Part shown: positions 26,898 through 39,641 of the stretch, one piece after another
Numbering within the stretch: the first letter of the stretch is position 1
Layout: every line of letters starts with the position of its first letter
DNA from: Mustelus asterias
Taxonomy: Eukaryota
Length of the DNA: 64,000 nucleotides
Assembly: GCF_964213995.1 (NCBI RefSeq)
Contig: NC_135828.1
Coordinates: 30,442,001-30,506,000 of the forward strand
Direction of reading: 5' to 3'
Position numbers and translations under genes: made by a program
The notes under the pieces: generated by a model
Told to the model about the DNA's origin: nothing
The model's input: only the letters and a program-made list of their open reading frames with translations
Database searches by the model: none

Positions 26898-27019
26898 GAA
26901 GTTGAAGTTTATAATGAGTGGGAGCTGGAAGAACGCAGGGTCAGCGGCTGCAAATCAGAACTCCACTAATACATAATTTGAAGAGCATGTCCTCTCTATA
27001 TGTAATATATACATACATA

Positions 27020-27050
<31 letters not shown>

Positions 27051-27924
27051 TTATATATAGATATATAAATTACATACATATATAGATATTACTTTGTCCA
27101 CCGTGACTAGAATGAACTGGGGCCTGTTAGAATAACTCTCTTGCCACTTCCTATATTGGTCTGCAGTTTTTTTTTCCTGCTCACATTTAGATACGTAATT
27201 GTCCTGCCAAATCACGGACCCAATCTGTATCCGCCGCCATTTCAGAAAATAAATTCCCGAACACAAAACCAAGCTGATTTTAAACGAAAAAAAAGTTTCT
27301 TCCAATGTCCTCTCGGATTCTTTTTGCATTGCGCATGTAATTTTCGCTGTTTCTGACCCTGCTACAGATCAATGCTCATAAACATCTGTATGCCATTATC
27401 AACCTTCGCTGCTCCAAGTCCAACAAGCTCAACTTCTCCATATCTCCTGGTATCATCCCTTCTTCCATCCACGAGTGTACTGCCACAAGGGAAATGTTTT
27501 TGTTCATTGTCTGGCGATGATTCATCCTGAGTCGTTCGATTCTAGGCAACTGCACCAGTGCTTTGCTATTTCTGTCTGGTCTACGGGGGCGGGCAAGGAG
27601 GCAAGCCCCAGGCCAACTTCAGGAGGCACATGTTTTGAACCTGCGATGCTGCTGCTATTCTAAAGTACACGTTTGCCATCGATTCAACTAAACAAAGCGT
27701 CCTCCTCCAGCATGCTGATGCCATCCGAGCTTTTTTCTATAACCATCATATCACTGAGTCCTCGACACCCAGATACAAATTGGAAATATCTCTTCAGGGG
27801 AGAGTAAGCGAATGGTGTCTTTGTGCAAAACTGAGACGCTTCCACAGAGACTTACAGCTCTGTGGCACCTGCCTCCTGATTACATTTCAGAAGCAGTTTT
27901 TATTCAGTTTATCCGCATCCACAG

Positions 27925-28294
27925 ATTTTATTTCGAAGTTTTTTTTCTCTGAGAAACTTGGAGTTCACACCAGTGAATGGTTTCAGAATTTCATGTAATT
28001 TGAGCACGGACGTACGATTCCAGACCACACGTCCAGAATCTTAGAATATTGGCACCGACACACATGTTCAAATATAACAGGGGCAGAAGTGGGATTTATA
28101 ATCTATTAAACGAATAAATATGTGTCATTAATTATTACAGTGAAAGTACCAGGTTAACGGTTTCAGTCAGCTCCTGTGGAAAGGAAGCGTACCATCCTTT
28201 CGTGGACTGAACAATATTGATCTACAGCACTGCTGCCTACTGTCAGTCGACCTCTGCAGTGAACTAATCAGATACTCAATTTTAAATAAGAAGT
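27925..28294 (+). pseudogene. Possible degraded V relic with RSS remnant
   Basis: Across frameshifts RISCNLST..YWHRH..GAEVGFIIY..YYSESTRLTVSVSSCGKEAYH..STAAYC; TGCAGTG at 28255-28261 + 24 bp + ATAAGAAGT. Confidence 0.4.
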
Positions 28295-29134
28295 GGCGGT
28301 GACGCCATGTCCTCAAGAGCGATTAGCTCGAGAAGCAGTCTCACAAATAGACCTCCGGGGTGATTTAGGTTTATCTGACAGCATTCCACGTTTACCAGCG
28401 CATTCAAAATAGGCGGTCCCATCAACAGACTTCTATGTTGCTTCTGCGAATATGTGGCTCTCTTTCAGTTCACAGCCAGTGAATAAATTAAGAAAACAAA
28501 GCGGCAGAATAGACCTCCCCATTTCCAGTGACAGCACATAGTCTACCGTTCAATCGATACAGTGCAGGAACTCACCAAAGTTTCTTCAGTAGTACCTTCC
28601 AAACCGCCATCTTAGCCACCTGGAAGCACCAGGGTAGCCAATGCATATGTAAATTAGCACCTGCAATTACCCTCGAAAACACACACATCCTCGCTTGCAA
28701 CTATATTTCCTTTCCTTCAGCCTCGGTGTGTCAAAGCCTTGGATTTATGTTCCGAATATCCTCATTCGTGTGCCCACTAAAAAAAAACTACTGGACGGCA
28801 AAAAGGTGGCTCACCACCACTTTGTAAACGCGAATTGGTGATGAACAATGCATTCTGGCTTTACCAGCGACACCCAGAAATCATATATATATAAAATAAT
28901 TTTGCGCACTTTATAACGTCTCAATATCATACAGAACCGATGAAGAACTGTAGGTTGTAGTCATCTTGGAAGCTATTTTCAAGAGGAAATAGTCCCACAC
29001 AAATGTCAACCCAGCCTTGTTCATCACAAACTCTCCAAATATTTTACATATTTCTTTATACCTCGCATTTCCGTCTGTCTTCTTTTTAAATGGAGGTTTG
29101 CCGTTCCGTTCAATAACGTAATTTAAATGAGGAT

Positions 29135-29475
29135 GGCGAGCGTTGCTGCAGCACAGCGCCAGCGGCCCGGTTTGAATCCCGACTTTGGGTCATTGTCTGT
29201 GTGGAGTTTGCAACTTCTCCCCGTGTCTGCATGGATTTCCTCCGGGTGCTCCGGTTTCCTCCCACTGTCGGAAAGATATGTAGGTTAGGTGGACTGGCCG
29301 TTGTAATTTGCCCCTTGGTGTCCCAGGGTTTGTTGTTTAGATGGACTAGCCATGGTAAGTGGCCTGCTAAATGAGTTATGGGATAGACGAGGGAGAGTGC
29401 CTGGTTAAGATACTCCGTGAGAGTATCGGTTTAGATTCGATGGGTCGAATGTTAATGGATCTGTGATTCTATGAA
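29135..29475 (+). mobile_element. HE1-like V-SINE, older copy
   Basis: V core GTGTGGAGTTTGCA..GGTGCTCCGGTTTCCTCCC. Confidence 0.8.
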
Positions 29476-30728
29476 ATGAAAAAAATCATGATTTTCTCAT
29501 GAATGGCGAATGAGAACTGACATTTATTTTATCCCTAAATACCCCGTTGGATCTCGACCACCATTAGCGAACAGAGGGGTTACATGTGACTCCAGCCCCA
29601 GGCTGACACCTAACTGCCCTCTGAAATGGATCTTGACGTATGCAGCTATACCAGAATTATCGAAAATGGACGATGGACGCTCAGGCAGGCCGATCAACAG
29701 TACCTTTTCAATGGAAATTGGATGAGCATCAGATGCTGATTTTGCCAGCGACGGCTATGTCCCACATTATGAAAAAAAACATAAATAGTACTTTTCTCTG
29801 GTGATCAGTATCTTGCAAGAGTAGTTCTTCTCCCCCGAATTGAATGTTGTATTTGTAAGTGACCCCATGTCGATTATGGACCTTGAACGTTATCGCTTAT
29901 GCCATCTCCTCACCTCTTTCCCTAAAACCTGCAGTTTTGTATTCCAAGCATTTATCCGATTCTGCTGACTCGACACGCCCATGCAATCCAAATCATCCCA
30001 TCTTGCTGCATAAGGAGGAAGCTCTCCTCAGCTGCTGTCTACGGTTTTGTGCAATTAGCTTCAACCTGTAAATCCCATCTTTTTGTATTAGCAACAACAC
30101 GTTAGACGCATTTACGATATTTATTAAATCTACTGACCCCCCGACTGAAATTTGAAAGCACCAATTAAATTACCCCTAACGGACTGTGCTGCATCATTTC
30201 CCACATTTACTGAGAAAGGTAACAGGATGGAGAGTGCTTCTGCAGGAAGTGACGTTTGCAAGCTACTGTCAAACAAATCCTCCGTTGTTTAAAAAGTTAC
30301 AGCAAGAACAACTACCTTCAAAAGTGCTGCTTGACCAAACCCCGTTCGTACATACAACTAGCATCGAATGAAAAGATCAAGTTTGCTATCTAATCTGGAT
30401 GCCTGTATTTTTGACAAGTGAGTTACTGTCAGAACTGGAGTGGAATAACGCATCTATATTTCAGTTTGAGTTGGTAGCGCTCTGACAGTTGAGTCAAAAA
30501 TCATGCACTCGGAATTGAAATTAAGTCTGCCATTCGGGGTGTCACTACTGCAGGAACCATGCAATTTACGAGCAACTATTTTCCGGTGTAATTATAGACG
30601 GATCTCACCTCTCAGGGAATTGGAAGTGATTCCACAGCCCTATTCAGAGAACTGGAAACAGTTACTCTTCTGTGCTCGTGTGTCAACCTAGAGAACCCAT
30701 TCAAACCCCCCGTACACTGCCCACTATA

Positions 30729-31231
30729 ATGTTACTGGCATCCGCAAGTTTGCTGCACTGTTTGCTTCATATTAGCAGTGACTTTAATTTAGAGAAAAAA
30801 AAAACATTGTGTTGAAAGCACTGTGAAATGTCATGACGTTGCAATAGAGCACTCTGTCAATGTTGGTCTTCAAATGTATTCTTTCTTACACACATCATTG
30901 ATAAAATTGTTAATGCATTCAATGTTCCTCTGACCAGGTATGCTCGCCTCTCACGTGGAACAGTCACCTTCTATCGTATCGATCGCAGCACGGGAATCGG
31001 CGACGCTGAACTGCACTTTGGTGAATATTGGCTACAGCAACATGTTCTGGTACATTCAAAAATCAAACCGGGCAATTGAAGCTCTATTCTATTCCGCTGG
31101 AGAAGGGTTTGTTACAAATTGCACTGCCGATTATTTTACGGCCAAGAGACCCAGCAATACGCTATTTACTCTCAATTTGAGGGACGCGGCTCTCTCACAT
31201 TCCGCCGTCTACTTCTGCGCTTGTAGTTTCG
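30729..31231 (+). CDS. TRBV: TCR V gene V4, apparently functional, TRBV30-like; leader 30729-30777, V exon 30938-31231
   Basis: Leader MLLASASLLHCLLHIS|gtgact; 160-bp intron; open V HVEQSP..LNC..MFWYIQ..LFYSAGEG..AVYFCACSF. Confidence 0.9.
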
Positions 31232-31270
31232 CACAGTGTGTGAGATAGCGAGTCTGCAACGACAAAAAAA
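31232..31270 (+). other. 23-RSS of V4
   Basis: CACAGTG + 23 bp + ACAAAAAAA. Confidence 0.93.
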
Positions 31271-31308
31271 GTCTCGGATGGGTTAGCCTCCAAGCCAGCG
31301 TTCAATTT

Positions 31309-31328
31309 CCGCCACCAGGCGGCAGCAG
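31309..31328 (+). promoter_or_regulatory. CTCF-like motif about 40 bp downstream of the V4 RSS
   Basis: CCGCCACCAGGCGGCAGCAG resembles the CCACCAGGGGGC(A/G)GC core. Confidence 0.55.
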
Positions 31329-31856
31329 CAGACTGACGCTCAGTGAATTTTCTTTACCACGAGGCCATGGTGTTACAAGAATGAAAAAGCCACTCTGTTC
31401 ATGTTGCCGCAACAGGGCATTGAGTGAACTATTCAATAAATCACACGGCTCCTCCTCTTTCACCATTTGCGTTCTACTTGTTTTCTGTCTCGTATCGACT
31501 CAATCACCTTCCTCAAAGCATTGATGAAAACTTGCTTCTGAAAGTCTTTCAGAAAGCCCTGTCTTGAGATCAGATACTTGCTTATATTAGACATTTCTGC
31601 GTAAATATTTCCGCAGTGGTCCTTGAAGGCACCAGAGAATGGGAGCTCAGGAGAACATCTGAAGACCTTCAAAGGCACTTGTCACAGTGACCTAGTGGCA
31701 TTGTCGCTCGTCGCTGGTCCACAGATCCAGGGTCATGCTCTGACGACCTGGAATCAAATTCTGCCACGGCAGACTTTAAAATTGGAGCGTTATGAAAATG
31801 TGGAAACAAAAATATAACAATGACCCATGTAAATATAGCGATCACTTATGTCCTTG

Positions 31857-32224
31857 GTGCGGCACCGTGGCGCAGTGGTTAGCACTGCTGCCTCACAACG
31901 TCAATGACATGGGTTCAATTCCGACCTTGTGTGACTGTCTGTGCGGAGTTTGCATGTTCTCCCCGTGTCTGCCAGTGTTTCCACTGAGTGCTCTGGTTTC
32001 CTCCCGTGTACCAACAATGTGCATGTTCGGTGAATTGGCCATAGTACATTACCCCTCAGTGTCCAAAGATGTGCAAGTTAGGTGGATTGACACAAAATGA
32101 TTCATTTAACGGGCTAAACACGTGCGGCTATGGGACTAGGGCAGGGGTGAGGTACTCTGTCAGATAGTCCATGCGGACTTGATAGCCGAATGGGCTCCTT
32201 CTGCACAGTAGGATTCTGTGATTC
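31857..32224 (+). mobile_element. HE1-like V-SINE
   Basis: GGCACCGTGGCGCAGTGGTTAGCACTGCTGCCTCAC head and V core. Confidence 0.82.
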
Positions 32225-33164
32225 GCTTCAGCTATTCCCTGTGTTCTACATTATTAATACCGCTTGGGTAAACAAATTTCTATTGATTTCTCTGTCGCAT
32301 TTCATGGTGAATGCCTTTTGTTAATGACATGCTGCTTCTTTAGTATAACTTTAAAAAATAATATTCTTAATAACAACAATAACAATGGTTTTAATCTTAT
32401 ATGGGACAGGAGATTCACCTGCGAGGCTAACATAGATATTTTTGATATCATACAATGAAAGCAAATAATACGAGAGGAACAATTCATATTGCATCAACTC
32501 TCGCAAATTCTGTTAAAACACTTCGTAATATACATACATTTTTAGCACAACACTCAAATCACTTCTTTCAAAAAAGAATAATACGGCTCGTCAATCATTT
32601 TCTGACAGGAAGGCAACGAGACCAAAACTTTGGGAGTTCTGTATTATATGGTCACTAAACAAAACAGGGTGCAACTCACGTAGTGCAGCATTTGCGGCAG
32701 AGTGATACGTTAAAGTGACTCGACTGGGAATCCAAAAGCGCAGTCTAATAGTTTGCTGCACTCGTACAAATTTCACCACAACAACTCTTGGAGCCATTAA
32801 TTCAACTATATACTTGAAATTTGTTTTCTGACCAATCGGTTACATGGACAGGTTGAATAAATCATCTCCTGACTCAACAAAGCCTACCCACCAACCACAC
32901 AGCACACCTCAGGGAATATGTTCCACTGGACTTAATTAATCCAACAATACCGATGCATAGTGATTCTATCCAACAGAGTTCTGCCGACATAGCGACCCCG
33001 TCCCTCCTCCCCTCACCCCAATCTGAACATTTCTCATTCTCTCTCGACACCAATGTCCCAACCAAAGTTTAATAAAGCTTCACCATGGCATCCTGACTCT
33101 TATACTCAATGCCCCGATCAACAATGGCAAACATGCCATGCGTCTTGTATGCCACCCGAGACAA

Positions 33165-33252
33165 GTATATATGTATATACTTATAAGTATATACATATAT
33201 ACTTATAAGTATATACATATATACTTATAAGTATATACTTATAAGTATATAC
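33165..33252. repeat. AT-rich palindromic minisatellite (GTATATACTTATAAGTATATAC units)
   Basis: Self-complementary unit repeated about four times. Confidence 0.85.
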
Positions 33253-33267
33253 CGCCCTATATGAAGT

Positions 33268-34938
33268 ATAGAATATAGAACATAGAACAGTACAGCACAG
33301 AACAGGCCCTTCCGCCCACGATGTTGTGCCGAGCTTTGTCTGAAACCCAGATCAAGCTATTTCTTCCCTATCATCCCGAAGTACTCCATGTGCCTATCCA
33401 ATAGCTTCTTAAATGTTCCTAAAGTTTCTGACTCCACTATCCCTGCAGGCAGTCCATTCCACACCCCAACCACTCTCTGAGTAAAAAACCTACCTCGGAC
33501 ATCCTTCCTATATCTCCAACCATGAACCCTATAGTTATGGCCCCTAGTTACCGTTCCATTCACCCGAGGAAATAGCCTTTGAACGTTCACTCTATCTATC
33601 CCCCTCATCATCTTATAAACCTCTATCAAGTCTCTTCTCAACCTCCTCCGTTCCAAAGAGAAAAGCCCAAGTTCCCTCAACCTTTCCACATAAGACCTAC
33701 CCTCCAAACAAGGCAGCATCCTGGTAAATCTCCTTTGCACTCTTTCCAGTGTCTCCACATCCTTCTTGTAGTGGGGTGACCAGAACTGCACACAATATTC
33801 CAAATGCGGTCTCACCAAGGTCCTGTACAGTTGCAGCATAACCCCACGGCTCTTAAACTCAAACCCCCTGTTAATGAACGCCAACACACTATAGGCCTTC
33901 TTCACGGCTCTATCCACTTGAGTGGCAACCTTCAGAGATCTATGGATCTCTCTGTTCCTCCACATTCTTCAGAACCCTACCTTTGACCTTGTAACCCACA
34001 TTTAAATTTGTCCTACCAAAATTAATCACCTCGCATTTATCAGGGTTAAACTCCATTTGCCATTTTTAAGCCCAGCTCAGCATCCTATCTGTATCTCTTT
34101 GCAGCCTACACAGCCCTCCACCTCATCCACTACTCCACCAATCTTGGTGTCATCAGCAAATTTACTGATCCACCCTTCAGCCCCCTCCTCCAAGTCATTT
34201 ATAAAAATGACAAATAGCAGAGGACCAAGCACTGATCCCTGTGGCACTCCGCTGGTAACCGGTTTCCAGTCCGAAAATTTTCCATCCACCACCACCCTCT
34301 GTCTTCTGTTAGATAGCCAGTTACCTATCCAATCGGCCAAACTTCCCTCTATCCCACACATCCTTACTTTCTTCATAAGCCGACCGTGGGGGACTTTATC
34401 AAACACCTTACTAAAATCCATGTATATGACATCAACTGCACTACCTTCACTACTGCACTACTTAGTTACCTCCTCAAAAAATTCTATCAAATTTGTGACG
34501 CAAGACTTGCCCTTCACAAATCCGTGCTGACTATCCCGGATTAATCTGCATCTTTCTAAATGGTCGTAAATCCTATCCCTAAGGACCTTTTCCATCAACT
34601 TACCGACCACCGAAGTAAGACTAACCAGTCTATAATTACCAGGGTCATTTCTATTCCCTTTCTTAAACAGAGGAACAACATTCGCCACTCTCCAGTCCTC
34701 TGGCACCACCCCCGTGGACAGTGAGGACCCAAAGATCAAAGCCAAAGGCTCTGCTATCTCATCCGTTGCCTCCCAAAGAATCCTAGGATTCTGCCCAGGG
34801 GACTTATCAACTTTCAGTTGAGTCAAAATTGCTAGTACATCTTCCCTACGAACATCTACTTCCTCCAGCCTATCAGCCTGTGACACCCTCTTTTCTTCAA
34901 AAACATGGCCCCTCTCCTTGGTGAACACCGAAGAAAAG
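33268..34938 (-). mobile_element. CR1 LINE, 5'-truncated RT
   Basis: ORF pieces 33357-34928; same subfamily as 10135-12408. Confidence 0.94.
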
Positions 34939-35029
34939 CTTTGCCAGACAAAGCTTGGGACAGGCTCCTTGAGAGGCAGATTGATTCAAGAGGTCAGAGG
35001 GTTGTCTTAAGAAGAGAGATTGTGCAGTT

Positions 35030-35455
35030 TAGATCTATGCTCCTTGGAGCTTAGAAAATGAGGGGGGATCTAATTGAGGTATACACGTTGATAAGGAGAA
35101 TTGACAAAGTAGACGTTGAGATGATGTGTCCTCTTGTCGGGCAGTCCAGAACAGGAGGGCATCCTTTTAGGATGAAGAATAGTAAGATTAAAACAGAGAT
35201 GAGGAGAACTTATCTCTGTCAAAGGGTTGTGAGTCTGTGGAACTCACTACCCCAGAGCGTGGTGGATGCTGAGACTTTGTGTAAATTTAAGGAGGATGTG
35301 GACATATTTTACTTAGCAAGATTTGACGGGCTGTAGTGGAAGGACAAGAAAGTGGAGTTGAGGCCGAGATTAAAACAGCAATGATCGTGTTCAATCGCGA
35401 AGCAGACTCGAGGGGCTAAGTTGTCTTCTCCTTTTCCCAGTTTTTAGGAATCTTA
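35030..35455 (+). mobile_element. Old CR1 3' fragment
   Basis: ORF 35058-35336 MRGDLIEVY..QRVVSLWNSLP. Confidence 0.8.
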
Positions 35456-36085
35456 TCATATGTTGTTAACTAACAAGGGGGACACGGGATATCAAGTGTG
35501 GGCAGAATTGAGGCGTTGAAGCCACTGTAAAACCAAGCATGTCATTATTGAAAGGGCGAGCAGGCTCGAGGGGCCGAAAGGCTTGATCCAGTTCTGAATC
35601 ATAATACGAGTGTAAATGTCTGCAAGTCTTATTTGCACCGAAATTAACTCCAGACTGCTCTGGTTCTGTATTTACTAAAAGTATATTCCTGTCCTGAATT
35701 CCACAGCCATGAGTAACACTTGACCTGTGTCTTCTCGTTGTTTCCACGAATGTATTGGAAAAATGGATCAAATCACGATTTTGCATTCGGAATGCAATGA
35801 AGGTACATAAAAATAAGATTGGATTTAGGATCAGGATTGAACATCTCGTCACGTTAACGCTGCTCCGACATTCAATGCGATAATGAACAATCGGATTATG
35901 GTGTCTATTTCACTGTCCTTTCTTCTCGCCCATTGCATTTGACTTTCTTGCCTATCAGATATGTTTCTAACCCAGCGCTTGATACACTTAATGACTCATA
36001 CTAGCCTGTTCCCAAACAAAATATATATCTTTTTCCACTGAGGTTCGTTCGCCTTTTGCATTCTTTTGTTCGGGAACAGTCTAGT

Positions 36086-37263
36086 CATAGAACATAGAAC
36101 ATAGAACAGTACAGCACAGAATAGGCCTTCGGCCCACGATGATGTGCCGAGCTTTATCTGAAACCAAGATCAAGCTATCCCACTCCCTATCATCCTGGTG
36201 TGCTCTATGTGCCTATCCAATAACCGCTTAAATGTTCCTAAAGTGTCTGACTCCACTATCACTGCAGGCAGTCCATTCCACACCCCAACCACTCTCTGCG
36301 TAAAGAACCTACCTCTGATATCCTTCCTAAATCTCCCGCCATGAACTCTATAGTTATGCCCCCTTGTAATAGCTCCATCCACCCGAGGAAATAGTCTTTG
36401 AACGTTCACTCTATCTATCCCCTTCATCATTTTATAAACCTCTATTAAGTCTCCCCTCAGCCTCCTCCGCTCCAGAGAGAACAGCCCTAGCTCCCTCAAC
36501 CTTTCCTCATAAGACCTACCCTCCAAACCAGGCAGCATCCTGGTAAATCTCCTCTGCACTCTTTCCAGCGCTTCCACATCCTTCTTATAGTGAGGTGACC
36601 AGAACTGCACACAATATTCCAAATGTGGTCTCACCAAGGTCCTGTACAGTTGCAGCATAACCCCATGGCTCTTAAACTCCAACCCACTGTTAATAAAAGC
36701 TAACACACTATAGGCCTTCTTCACAGCTCTATCCACTTGAGTGGCAAACTTTAGAGATCTGTGGATATAGACCCCAAGATCTCTCTGTTCCTCCAGAGTC
36801 TCCAGAACCCTACCTTTGACCCTGTAATCCACATTTAAATTTGTCCTACCAAAATGAATCACCTCACATTTATCAGGGTTAAATTTCATTTGCCATTTTT
36901 CAGCACAGCTTTGCATCCTATCTATGTCTCTTTGCAGTCTACAACAGCCCTCCACCTCATCCACTACTCCACCAATCTTGGTGTCATCAGCAAATTTACT
37001 GATCCACCCTTCAGCCCCCTCCTCTAAGTCATTAATAAAAATCACAAAGAGCAGAGGACCAAGCACTGATCCCTGTGGCACTCCGCTGGCAACCTGCCTC
37101 CAATCCGAAAAAAATCCATCCACCACCACCCTCTGTCTTCGATCAGACAGCCAGTTACCTATCCAATCGGCCAACTTTCCCTCTATCCCACACCTCCTCA
37201 CTTTCATCATAAGCCGACCATGGGGGACCTTATCAAACGCCTTACTAAAATCCATGTATATGT
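36086..37263 (-). mobile_element. CR1 LINE, 5'-truncated, inserted in a fold-back of an older CR1 (about 35880-37490)
   Basis: RT C-terminal half within ORF 36170-37486; (TTCTATG)n tail. Confidence 0.93.
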
Positions 37264-37514
37264 CTAAGTCATTAAATGTATCAAGCGCTGGGTTAGATAG
37301 ATATCTGATAGGGAAGAAAGTCAAATATCCCCCAGCTCTCGTCACCTTCAAAAGTGTAAACATTCTCCAGGTATCCATGTTATCAATTCCCCTCTGGATC
37401 TTATGTAGTTTAATAGGATCAGACGTCATTCCTCTGAACTCGACTGGGTATAGACCAAAGCTTTTCAAACATTCTTCACTGAGCAACTACTAAATCCAAG
37501 GTGTAAGGGTATAT

Positions 37515-37722
37515 CATAGAATCCTACAGTGCAGAAGGAGGCCATTCGGCCCATTGAGTTTTCACTGCCACAATTCCCATGCACCAGGCCCTATCCCCAT
37601 GCATTTACCCAGTTAGTCCCCCTGACACTCAGGAGCAATCGACCATAGCCAATCCACCTAACCCGCACATCTTTGGCCTGTGGGAGGAAACCGAAGCACC
37701 CGGAGGAAACCCATGCAGAAAC
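37515..37722 (-). mobile_element. Partial HE1-like SINE
   Basis: Tail and part of the V core on the minus strand. Confidence 0.8.
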
Positions 37723-38733
37723 CCAGGTAGTTTATACAGCATTCTAGCCTCGTGTAATCCTTCGCGTATTTTAAACCTCGTGAACACACACACAGTCTCT
37801 ACAATGTTTTTTATATTTTCAAATTGTTAATAAATGTTGGTCTACAATATTTCCATTCACATCAACAATTATTCTAGGATTTTGGCGTGTCAGTTCACAT
37901 TTCGATGCAGTTACTGTTGAGAGCCCTGCAATTTATCCAACTAACAGCTGGCAGTAATAGCTGTTGCTGCGTTTGCACCATGACTGCCTTCCTGCAATTC
38001 TGGAGGGTGTTCAACCCTGCATTATTCCAGGTGAAAGACAGTGGCTAACCGCATGAGCAACAGAGTATCTTCCATTTCTTCCCGTGTTGAAACGTCAAAA
38101 TGTCATTTCTAATTGGTGGTGCACAGAAGTTTTGACAATACGTGTGGTCTAGCTAGGGACAATGAAGCATAACTTGTTTTTTAAAAGTGCATTGTTGTTG
38201 CCTAGATGCAAGGGTGAAGGGTGAGTGATTACACTTTAGATCAATTGTGGCACCCATTTTCTCTATCAAAGTAGGTGTGAACGAGAATCAGGGTAAAACT
38301 CACCATGGGTCGGAAAAAGCACACAGGGCGATGCTTATAGTTCTTGGGGACAAATCAAGGCAACTGCAGCATACTAGCGCACGCCAATAACACCAAAGAA
38401 GCAATAAACTTTCACTTCTTCATCAGTGACTTGTTTTCAGGTGCTTGCTGCTTACTGTTCAGTCATCAATATCGTTCACGACATATAAGACATAAAGATA
38501 ATCTGTGCCCGTATGCTGCAAGTCCAGTTCAAAACTCAGGTATCGTCTGATAAGTGGAGAATCAATATTCGCTCCAGATACGCTTTCTACCTAATAAGCA
38601 ATACATTCGTCACCCCTGCCTGCCACTGCGGTTTCTTAAGTTTGTTTTCTATGATGTATGGTTTACTAATCCCAAAATTAACGGAAGCCCCTCATTCCTA
38701 TCCATTCAATTAAACGCGCACATGAGTATGAGT

Positions 38734-39641
38734 TGCCTGGTATGGAGGGGCTTGGTTATGAGGAGAGATTGGGGAAACTGGGGTTGTTCTCCTTGGAAAG
38801 ACGGAGGATGAGGGGAGACTTAATAGAGGTGTATAAAATTATGAAAGGCATAGATAGGGTGAACGGTGGGAAGCTTTTCCCCGGGACGGTGGTGACGTTC
38901 ACGAGGGGTCATAGGTTCAAGGTGAAGGGGGGGAGGTTTAACACAGATATCAGAAGGACATATTTCACACAGAGGGTCGTGGGGGCCTGGAATGTGTTGC
39001 CGGGCAAGGTGGTGGAGGCGGACACACTGGGAACGTTTAAGACTTATCTAGACAGCTATATGAACGGAGTGGGAATGGAGGGATACAAAAGAGTGGTCTA
39101 GTTTGGACCAGGGAGCGGCGCGGGCTAATTGTTCCTGGTTTCTCATTTCAAGGCTTCATTCTATGATCATCTTGCTGGTGCCAGTACAGAGTGAGACTGC
39201 GGATAGTTGGGAACCTGTCTCGGGGGCAGGGAATTCATATGGTGTTCGTGGAAGTGGAAATGACTAGGGTTGGGAATCATTTTCCGATCGGGGCCATTGT
39301 GATCTCCTGGACTCGTTTCGATCGCCTCAGGGGGTCGGAGAGGAATTTCCCAGATTTTTTTCCCCATATTGGCCCTGGGGTTTTTCACTCTGGGTTTTCG
39401 CCTCTCCCTGGAGATCACATGGTCTGGAATGGGGGGGTGGGGGTAAGTTAATAGGTTGTAATGAACAAAGCATCGTAGCTGTGAGGGACATCTCGGTGGA
39501 TAGGATATTGGTATGTAGATAGGCTGGAAAATTGGGCGGGGATCCTGGATTCAGGATTCAATCCTGGACCGGCGAGCGGCGCGGGCTTGGGGGGCCGAAG
39601 GGCCTGTTCCTGTGCTGTATTGTTCTTTGTTCTTTGTTCTT
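38734..39641 (+). mobile_element. CR1 3' end with long (about 540 bp) 3' UTR
   Basis: Near-identical to the reverse complement of 20848-21760; (TGTTCTT)n tail. Confidence 0.93.

Noticed and set aside
38435-38730. Weak V-like fragments (VQSS..VCCKSS; VTPAC..VWF)
   Set aside because: Inconsistent frames, and no YYC or RSS found.
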